Below are positions 57,635-64,000 of a stretch of 64,000 bases of DNA, in pieces; the first letter of the stretch is position 1, and each line of letters starts with the position of its first letter. The position numbers and the translations under genes were made by a program. The DNA is taken from NCBI GenBank assembly GCA_903822495.1, contig CAIJPD010000022.1, positions 10,069-74,068 of the forward strand. Direction: 5' to 3'. The stretch comes from an uncultured Chloroflexota bacterium. GTDB lineage: Bacteria; Chloroflexota; Limnocylindria; Limnocylindrales; CSP1-4. The notes under the pieces were generated by a model, which had not been told where the DNA came from, searched no databases, and was given only the letters and a program-made list of their open reading frames with translations.

Positions 57635-58606
57635 TCACCGCGATCGCCCGGCTGCCTCACCGGCGCGGTCGAGCAGCTCCTCGACGGCGTCTTCGGGTGA
57701 GACCGGGTTGACCGGCAGACCCGTGCCCAGCTCCAGGCCCGCGATCTCGCGGAGGCGCGGGTGGATCTCCCAGTGCCAGTGGAAGGTGGCGTCGACGCGC
57801 TCGCGCAGGGGCGCGGTGTGCAGGACCAGGTTGTAAGGCGGGCCGTCGAGCGCGGCGGAGAGGCTGCCCAGCACGTTGCGGATGGCCTCGGCGGTCCGGC
57901 GGACATCGTGGTCGGTGGCCTTGGCGAAGTCCGCCTCGTGCTGGCGCGGGACGATCCAGACCTCGAACGGGGAGCGCGACGCCCACGGCGCAAACGCCAC
58001 GCTGGCGTCGTCAACCCAGATGAGGCGGTCCCGGCGCATGACCTCGTCGCGGACGAGGCGGCACCACGGGCACTCCCCCTCCCGGATGACGAACCGGGCC
58101 GCGCCGCCCAGCTCCTCGGCGACGCGGTGCGGAACCTGCGGCAGGTCGTACAGGTCGAGGCAGAGGTGGTTGGTGCGCGCGCCGGCCTCGATGCCCCAGT
58201 TCTGGACCACCTGCAAGTAGTCGGTCTGGCCGGTCTTCGCGGCGGCGGCCACGGCATCCCGGGCGCCCATGATCAGCCCGGCGATGACCTCGTTGCCCAC
58301 GGCATGGAGCGGCCGGTGCTCCCCCGGCGGCGCGATGATGGTCCGCCAGCTGCCCGCGGCGCGCGCCTGGCCCAGGGTCACCTGGCCCAGGCCGCCACGC
58401 AGTTCGCGCGCCTCCGCCTCCGTGCCGACGACGTGGAACGCGAAGTCCTTGAGGATCCTGACACGGACACCCTCGCCGGGCTGGGCGCAGTTCTGGCACT
58501 TCCCGTCGTCCTCGACGTAGCCCGCCCGGCGGGCGAATCGGTCGCGATGGAAGGCGCGATCCACGACGGTGGCCACCCACCAGCCCGTGATGGGGTCCTT
58601 GCGCAT
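57635..58606 (-). CDS. GalT-family (HIT superfamily) nucleotidyltransferase/phosphorylase-like protein
   Basis: It has Cys pairs (CQNC, CPWC) and the active-site block HWHWEIHP. Substrate specificity cannot be read from sequence. Confidence 0.7.
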   Translation of the reverse strand: MRKDPITGWWVATVVDRAFHRDRFARRAGYVEDDGKCQNCAQPGEGVRVRILKDFAFHVVGTEAEARELRGGLGQVTLGQARAAGSWRTIIAPPGEHRPLHAVGNEVIAGLIMGARDAVAAAAKTGQTDYLQVVQNWGIEAGARTNHLCLDLYDLPQVPHRVAEELGGAARFVIREGECPWCRLVRDEVMRRDRLIWVDDASVAFAPWASRSPFEVWIVPRQHEADFAKATDHDVRRTAEAIRNVLGSLSAALDGPPYNLVLHTAPLRERVDATFHWHWEIHPRLREIAGLELGTGLPVNPVSPEDAVEELLDRAGEAAGRSR

Positions 58607-58623
58607 CTCAAACAGGCCGGCGC

Positions 58624-59487
58624 TCACGAGGCCACCCCGGCCACGGCTTCCAAGGCGGGCCCCGCATCGAGCGCCCGCTGGGCTTCGGCCGCCCGCTCGG
58701 CATCGGCGGCTCGTTCGGCTTCGGCTGCTCGCTCCGCCTTGGCCAGGCCCGCTTCGAGCGCGTGCTGCGAAAGCCATTCCAGCGGCGCCTCCAGCCCGGC
58801 CGAGAAGGCGGCGCCGAACACCTGGCCTGCCCGTTCCACCCGGGCCGTGGTGGGCGGCTCGGCGGAGAGGCCCAGCTCCTGGGCGACGGACGTGGAGACC
58901 ACGCCGGGCATGCCGCACGGGTCGATCAGGTTGAAGTCATGGAGGTCCGGATCCACGTTCAGCGCGATCCCGTGATAGCTCACCCCGCGCTCGATCCGGA
59001 GGCCCAGCGCCCCGATCTTGCGGGGGGCCGGGCTGCCGACAGCGCACCAGCTGCCGGGGTGTCCGTCGCGCCGATCCGCCGTCACCCCGAAGTCCGCACA
59101 CGTGGCGGCCAGCGCGGCCTCCAGCGCTCGGACCAGGGGCCGGACCAGGAGCCGGCGATCCGACAGCCGGAGGATGGGGTAGGCGACCAGCTGACCGGGG
59201 CCGTGGTAGGTGACCTCCCCGCCGCGCTCCACGGGGATCACCTCGATGTGGCGCGCGCGCAGCTGGCGCGCTGTCGCGCGAACGTGGGCGGGGTCCGCGC
59301 CGCGGCCCAGCGTGAGAACGGCGTCATGTTCCAGCAGGAGAAGCGTGTCCGGGACGGCCCCCACGGCCCGTGCGGCCACCAGCCGCTTCTGGAGATCCCA
59401 GGCGTCGCGGTAGGCGATCCGCCCCAGCCAACACGCCCGGAGCGGCTGGGCAGGCTGCGCGGGAAGCGGCGCGGGCTGAGCGTCCAT
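58624..59487 (-). CDS. lipB: Octanoyltransferase LipB with a repetitive (A/E/R) C-terminal tail
   Basis: It carries RGGEVTYHGPGQLVAYP and KIGALGLR motifs. The tail reads AERAAEAERAADAERAAEAQRA and is encoded by 12-nt repeats at about 58669-58737. Confidence 0.85.
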   Translation of the reverse strand: MDAQPAPLPAQPAQPLRACWLGRIAYRDAWDLQKRLVAARAVGAVPDTLLLLEHDAVLTLGRGADPAHVRATARQLRARHIEVIPVERGGEVTYHGPGQLVAYPILRLSDRRLLVRPLVRALEAALAATCADFGVTADRRDGHPGSWCAVGSPAPRKIGALGLRIERGVSYHGIALNVDPDLHDFNLIDPCGMPGVVSTSVAQELGLSAEPPTTARVERAGQVFGAAFSAGLEAPLEWLSQHALEAGLAKAERAAEAERAADAERAAEAQRALDAGPALEAVAGVAS

Positions 59488-59568
59488 GAGTGGACGATAG
59501 CAGGGCGTGCTCAACTGGCCGTTGACCGGCTAGCATTCGGCGACCACCCCATCGGAGACCTGACACCC

Positions 59569-61086
59569 ATGCTGGCTACCAACGAGCCGCGCGGCGAGCG
59601 CGAAGCACCCGGACCCGCCTCCCGCATCGCCGGCGCCATCTGGGGCCACCTGGTCGGCGACGCGCTCGGCGTCCCGTACGAGTTCATGGAGCCGGACCAG
59701 ATCGGCGAGGTGGAGTTCGGCGCACGCGGGACGCACGACCAGCCGCCCGGCACGTGGAGCGATGACGGCGCGCTGATGCTGGCCACGCTGGACGCGCTGC
59801 TCCAGCCGGGCAAGCTCAACCCGGACGCCATGGGCCAGCGCTACGTGGCCTGGTACCGCGACGGCGCCTACACGCCCGACGGCGATGGCCTGTTCGACAT
59901 CGGCAACACCACGCGGGCGGCGATGGAGAACCTGGCGCGCGGCATCCCGGCCACCGATGCCGGCCCGTCGGGCGACCGCGACTGCGGCAATGGGTCCCTC
60001 ATGCGGGTGCTCCCCATCGCCCTGGCCAGCCGCATGGCCGACGAGGGCGTCCTCGCCGCGCGCGCCCACCTGGTCAGCAAGATCACGCACGGACACCCGC
60101 GCGCCCAGGTCAGCTGCGCGCTGTACACCCTCCTGGCGCAGCGGCTCACCAACTGGAGCCGTCCCTCCAACGCCATCTTCGCGAACAAGAGCACGCTCAA
60201 GCTGATCTACATGACCAGCCAGGCGTACGCGCCGCAGCTGACGGCGTTCACGGAGCTGCTGGCCTGGAAGGAGCGCTCAGGGCGCGGCTACGTGCTGGAT
60301 TCGCTCTGGTCGGCGTGGGACGCGGTGGCCGAGGCGACCAGCTTCGAGGACGCGATCCGGCGAGCCATCGCGTACGGGCACGACACGGACACCACCGCGG
60401 CGCTGGCCGGCGGGCTGGCGGGAGCGCGCTTCGGCTGGGAATCGATCCCGCGCGAGTGGCTGCGCGGGATGCGCGGCAAGGAGATCGTGACGCCGATGGT
60501 CGATCGGCTGATCGCGCGGGAGGTGGGGGTCAGCACGTCCACCACCAGCCCGCTCCGGGTCAACGCCGTGGACCTCACGGGCGCCGAGGGTGCCGGCGGA
60601 GGTGCCGCAGGGTCGGTCTTCATCACGTTCCTGCCCGGCAAGAAGCTGGTGGGGTTCACGGGCCCGCACTGGCGCGACATGGACGCGGATGTCGCCACCC
60701 TCAAGGCGACGGGCGTGGACACGATGGTGCTGCTGGTCGAGGACCAGGAGATCGAGGACGCCATGGTCCAGGACCTCCCGGCGGCGCTTGACGGCGCCGG
60801 CATCGACCTGGTCCGCTTCCCCATCCCGGATCCCCGGGTCCCGGCGGACGGGGCCGCATTCCGCTCGCTCATCCGCGGGGCGCTGGGCCAGGTGCGCTCC
60901 GGGCGCAATGTGGCGTTCGTGTGCCGCGGCGGGGTTGACCGCTCGCCGATGGCGGCGGCGTGCCTCCTGCGCGAGGCGGGGCTGGACGCGACCACGGCGA
61001 TCGACCGGATCCATGCGGCGCGCGAGCACACGCTGACGCGCGAGGAGCAGCTGGCCTACGTCCGCGACTGGGTCGCCCGGGCCTGA
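59569..61086 (+). CDS. Fusion protein: ADP-ribosylglycohydrolase (ARH/DraG family) N-domain and CX5R dual-specificity/CDKN3-like phosphatase C-domain
   Basis: The ARH blocks are GDALGVPYEF, WSDDGALM and HDTDTTAALAGGLAG. The phosphatase P-loop is VCRGGVDRS, with PIPDPRVP about 45 aa upstream. The ATG at 59569 follows GGAG. Confidence 0.8.
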   Translation: MLATNEPRGEREAPGPASRIAGAIWGHLVGDALGVPYEFMEPDQIGEVEFGARGTHDQPPGTWSDDGALMLATLDALLQPGKLNPDAMGQRYVAWYRDGAYTPDGDGLFDIGNTTRAAMENLARGIPATDAGPSGDRDCGNGSLMRVLPIALASRMADEGVLAARAHLVSKITHGHPRAQVSCALYTLLAQRLTNWSRPSNAIFANKSTLKLIYMTSQAYAPQLTAFTELLAWKERSGRGYVLDSLWSAWDAVAEATSFEDAIRRAIAYGHDTDTTAALAGGLAGARFGWESIPREWLRGMRGKEIVTPMVDRLIAREVGVSTSTTSPLRVNAVDLTGAEGAGGGAAGSVFITFLPGKKLVGFTGPHWRDMDADVATLKATGVDTMVLLVEDQEIEDAMVQDLPAALDGAGIDLVRFPIPDPRVPADGAAFRSLIRGALGQVRSGRNVAFVCRGGVDRSPMAAACLLREAGLDATTAIDRIHAAREHTLTREEQLAYVRDWVARA

Positions 61087-61182
61087 CCGCGACGGCGCGA
61101 CCAGCGGGGCCGGCTGCCGGGTTCAGGCCGGTCCCTCAGCGGGGGCGGTGGTCCCTCAGCCGCGGGCGGCGGGATCGAACGG

Positions 61183-61758
61183 TCAGCGGTCGAGCGCCCG
61201 CTCGATCCGGCGGTCCGGCACGAACCAGATCAGCGCCACGAGGGCGTACAGGCCGAAGGCCGCCACGGGCGCAACCAGCGCCAGGGCGATGCCGATCACG
61301 TAGATCACCAGCGACACCTTCCCCTTCCAGTCGCTGCCCAGCGCCGCCGCCAGCGTCGGCGACTGGCCGGGCGCCCGGATCAGTGTCCGCACCAGTGAGA
61401 AGTAGCCGAGCGCGGCACACAGCAGCAGGCCGCCATACACGGCGGTGGGGAAGACGGCGAAGTCGGTCTGGCGCATCCAGGCGGTCCCGAAGGGGATGAG
61501 GCTGAGCCAGAAGAGCAGGAACATGTTGGCCCACAGCACGCGGCCGTTGACGACCTTCGCCACGTGGAGCAAGTGGTGGTGGTTGTTCCAGTAGATGCCC
61601 ACGTACATGAAGCTGACCACGTAGGCGACCAGCGTGGGACCCAGGCTCCGGAGCGCCTCCAGGTCCGAGCCCTCCGGGGGATGCAGCTCCAGGACCATGA
61701 TGGTGATCAGGATGGCGATGACGCCGTCGCTGAACGCCTCGAGCCGGCCCTTGCCCAT
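61183..61758 (-). CDS. TMEM175-family (DUF1211) potassium channel
   Basis: It has the N-terminal signature RLEAFSDGVIAILITIMVLEL and 6 TM helices. Confidence 0.8.
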   Translation of the reverse strand: MGKGRLEAFSDGVIAILITIMVLELHPPEGSDLEALRSLGPTLVAYVVSFMYVGIYWNNHHHLLHVAKVVNGRVLWANMFLLFWLSLIPFGTAWMRQTDFAVFPTAVYGGLLLCAALGYFSLVRTLIRAPGQSPTLAAALGSDWKGKVSLVIYVIGIALALVAPVAAFGLYALVALIWFVPDRRIERALDR

Positions 61759-62684
61759 CAGCTGAGCCCTCCCAGTGCCGCGAACAGCTCGCCGTAGGCG
61801 CCGATCGCGAGGTCCGCGGCGTCCGGGCTGCGGAGTTGGACACAGACGTGATCCGCGCCGGCGTCGAGGTGAGCGTGGACGCGCTCGACGACGGCCTCCA
61901 CGGATCCCTGCGCCACGATGGCGTCGATCAGCCGGTCCGAGCCGCCGTTCGCGACGTCCTCGGGGGTGAAGCCCTCGCGCAGGAGCGTGTTGGCGTAGTT
62001 GGGGAGCTGCAGGTAGCGGGCGCAGAAGGCGCGCGCCGTCGCGCGGGCCCGGGCCGGGTCGGTGTCGATGACGGCGGCCTGCTCGACGGCGAGGAAGGCG
62101 GCCTCACCCAGGTGCCGGCGGGCGGTCACGGTGTGGCTCACGGGGACGAAGTAGGGGTGTGCGCCATCCGTCCGCTCGGCGGCCAGTTCCAGCATCCGTG
62201 GGCCAAGGGCCGCCAGCAGGATGGGCGCGGGTTGGGCCGGGGCGGGCCCGGCGTACGCGGCCGCGTCCATGGCATCGAGGTAGGCGCGCATCGTCGCGAC
62301 GGGCTGCCCGTACGTGCCACCACGGGCGGCCACGGACGGGGCGTGGCTGACGCCGATGCCCAGCACGAACCTGCCCGGCCAGGCTTCGGCCAGGGCACGG
62401 GCGCCGTTGACCATGGCCATGGGGTCGCGCGCGTAGATGTTGGCAATGCCGGTGGCGAACACCATCCGCGGGCTGGCGGCCAGCAGGATCGCCGCGTGGG
62501 CGAAGGCCTCCTTGCTGCCCACGCTCTCCGGGAACCAGGTGGCTCGCGCGCCCATCGCCTCGTACGCGACGACCGCGGCGCGGGCATCGGCGGCCGTGTT
62601 GGCCTGGAGACCAAAGCTCCAGACGCCGACACGGCCGAGGTCGGCGGTCAGCTGTGCGCGGCGGTCTCCGTGGGGGGCGGTCAT
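61758..62684 (-). CDS. LLM-class F420-dependent oxidoreductase
   Basis: The pattern is luciferase-like (GVWSF.., LGIGVSH, LAALGPRMLELAAERTDGAHPY). The ATG is at 62684. Its stop overlaps the TMEM175 start by 1 nt. Confidence 0.8.
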   Translation of the reverse strand: MTAPHGDRRAQLTADLGRVGVWSFGLQANTAADARAAVVAYEAMGARATWFPESVGSKEAFAHAAILLAASPRMVFATGIANIYARDPMAMVNGARALAEAWPGRFVLGIGVSHAPSVAARGGTYGQPVATMRAYLDAMDAAAYAGPAPAQPAPILLAALGPRMLELAAERTDGAHPYFVPVSHTVTARRHLGEAAFLAVEQAAVIDTDPARARATARAFCARYLQLPNYANTLLREGFTPEDVANGGSDRLIDAIVAQGSVEAVVERVHAHLDAGADHVCVQLRSPDAADLAIGAYGELFAALGGLS

Positions 62685-62921
62685 GGCGGCTCGCTTGTTC
62701 GTTGCGTGGTGGGCGTCGCGCAACCGGCGACTCGGCCGAAGGGTACAGGAATGGGTTTCGCCACCGGGAAGCGGGTGCGACGGCCGGGCCAGCCGATCCG
62801 GCCCCGGCCGGGGAGCGATTAGACTCAGTGCACGGGCACGCACCACGACATGGGTGCCACCCGCGCGGCGCACGCGCCGCCGCCGTGCCCGCGTGGCTCC
62901 TGTATCACCTGAGACCCGCCC

Positions 62922-64000
62922 GTGTTCGTTCGTCCATTCCGGCGTCGCCGCCCCTCCCGCCGCCTCATCCCGGTGGTGGCGGTGGTTCTGGCGTTGGCCG
63001 CGCTCTCTGGCCTGCCGATGGCCCGGGGGCAGTCCCTCATCCGGGCCGCCGATGCCGCCGCGGCGGCCGCTTGTGGTGACGACTTCTACCCGCAGGGCGT
63101 CGACGTCTCCACCCACCAGGGCACGATCGATTGGAAGGCCGTCGCCGCGGCCGGGATCGACTTCGGGATGGCGCGAATCGCCGACGGGCTCACCTTCCCG
63201 GACGCCACCTTCCAGACCAACTACGCGGGGATGCGGGCCAACGGCATCACGCCGGGCAGCTACCTCTTCTTCGAGCCCGGCCAGGACGCCGTGGCGCAGG
63301 CGAACGCCGTCGTCGCGGCGCTGACCAAGGCCGGGTTCCGGATCGGCGATCTTCCGCCCGCGATCGACGTGGAGGTCACCGGCAACCAGTCGCCCGCGGT
63401 CGTCGCCAGCGGCGTCCGCACGATGGCGAGCACGATCCAGGCGACCCTGGGCGTGACGCCGTTCATCTACGCCTCGCCCGGCGCGTGGAACCGGATCGTG
63501 GCGAGCGCCGAGTTCGGGGACCTGCCGCTCTGGGTCGCACACTGGCTGGCGGTCTGCCCCGCCATGCCGAGCGGCTGGGACGAGTGGAGCCTGTGGCAGT
63601 TCTCCAGCACGGGCCGGGTCCCGGGGATCGCCAAGGTGGTCGACCTGGACTTCGCCGCCACTCCCACGCTCCCGGTCTACACGGGGCGGCCGGTCTTCCC
63701 CAGCCTCAGGGACATGACCGCCTACGCGCTGGGGCCCGACAAGGTCACCTACTCGGTCCGGGCGGTGGGCCCGCGCGGCGTCCCGGTCGCCTCCGCCTGC
63801 TCCCCCGCCTCCGGCTCGGTCTTCCCGCTGGGCCCGACCAACATCACCTGCACGGCGACCAACAGCAGCGGCACGTCAACCCAGACGGTGCGGCTGGCCG
63901 TCCGGTTCGCCCGGCCGCCGGCCTTCGACGAGGCAGTCCCGGCCGACGTCGCGGTCCTGGCCGGCGCAGCGGCCGGCACGCCGGTGGCGTTCGGTCCGGT
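62922..64000 (+). CDS. Secreted GH25 muramidase with C-terminal HYR-like domain(s) (3' end lies outside the window; absent from the ORF track)
   Basis: From my own translation, a signal peptide is followed by YPQGVDVSTHQGTIDWKAV..GIDFGMARI..LPPAIDVE..WQFSSTGRVPG. Later comes TYSVRAVG..PLGPTNITCTATNSSG. Confidence 0.8.
   Translation, partial: MFVRPFRRRRPSRRLIPVVAVVLALAALSGLPMARGQSLIRAADAAAAAACGDDFYPQGVDVSTHQGTIDWKAVAAAGIDFGMARIADGLTFPDATFQTNYAGMRANGITPGSYLFFEPGQDAVAQANAVVAALTKAGFRIGDLPPAIDVEVTGNQSPAVVASGVRTMASTIQATLGVTPFIYASPGAWNRIVASAEFGDLPLWVAHWLAVCPAMPSGWDEWSLWQFSSTGRVPGIAKVVDLDFAATPTLPVYTGRPVFPSLRDMTAYALGPDKVTYSVRAVGPRGVPVASACSPASGSVFPLGPTNITCTATNSSGTSTQTVRLAVRFARPPAFDEAVPADVAVLAGAAAGTPVAFGP

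Noticed and set aside
58669-58737. The 12-nt repeats at the lipB 3' end as an independent repeat element.
   Set aside because: They are in frame and simply encode a low-complexity (AERA)n helical tail of LipB. There is no evidence of a separate function.
62685-62921. Possible c-di-AMP (ydaO-type) riboswitch upstream of the GH25 cell-wall hydrolase, as seen for some actinobacterial hydrolase genes.
   Set aside because: I could not find the conserved ydaO blocks I remember (e.g. ..CCCGAACCCG.CAGCUAACC..) in the 237-nt divergent region. Only a covariance-model scan could revive this idea.

Overview
The window is a very GC-rich (about 70%+), gene-dense chromosomal segment. It looks actinobacterial or Chloroflexi-like, an inference from the F420/LLM enzymes, GlgE/GlgM, Ni-SOD and GTG/TTG starts with 4-nt overlaps. 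Content is mostly housekeeping. It holds an alpha-glucan cluster (GH57 fragment, glgX, glgE, a 1214-aa GH13 protein) with glgM about 32 kb away. It also holds a Ni-SOD pair (sodN-sodX), a MarR/MFS/Rieske unit, an ApbE plus di-heme membrane protein module, xthA, map and a fused ctaA-ctaB. A minus-strand pyr operon (pyrR-pyrB-pyrC ... pyrK-pyrD) carries three unknown genes where carAB usually sits. The rest includes an ECF sigma/anti-sigma pair, lipB, two LLM oxidoreductases and a partial GH25 muramidase. I found no rRNA, tRNA, CRISPR array, transposase or prophage. Seven items are most worth a second look. (1) Two structured repeat clusters sit in unusually long non-coding gaps (25.4-25.9 kb and 42.7-43.0 kb). 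(2) An ADP-ribosylglycohydrolase is fused to a CX5R phosphatase domain. (3) A beta-CASP nuclease with a large insertion is translationally coupled to an Imm5-like protein. (4) An orphan 56-aa Flp pilin gene is absent from the ORF track. (5) pyrR has a leader ORF and a candidate PyrR-binding element. (6) The GH13 giant is coupled to glgE. (7) The ApbE module. No complete, clearly novel multi-gene system is demonstrable from sequence alone. All functional calls rest on motifs I recognised by eye, not on database searches.
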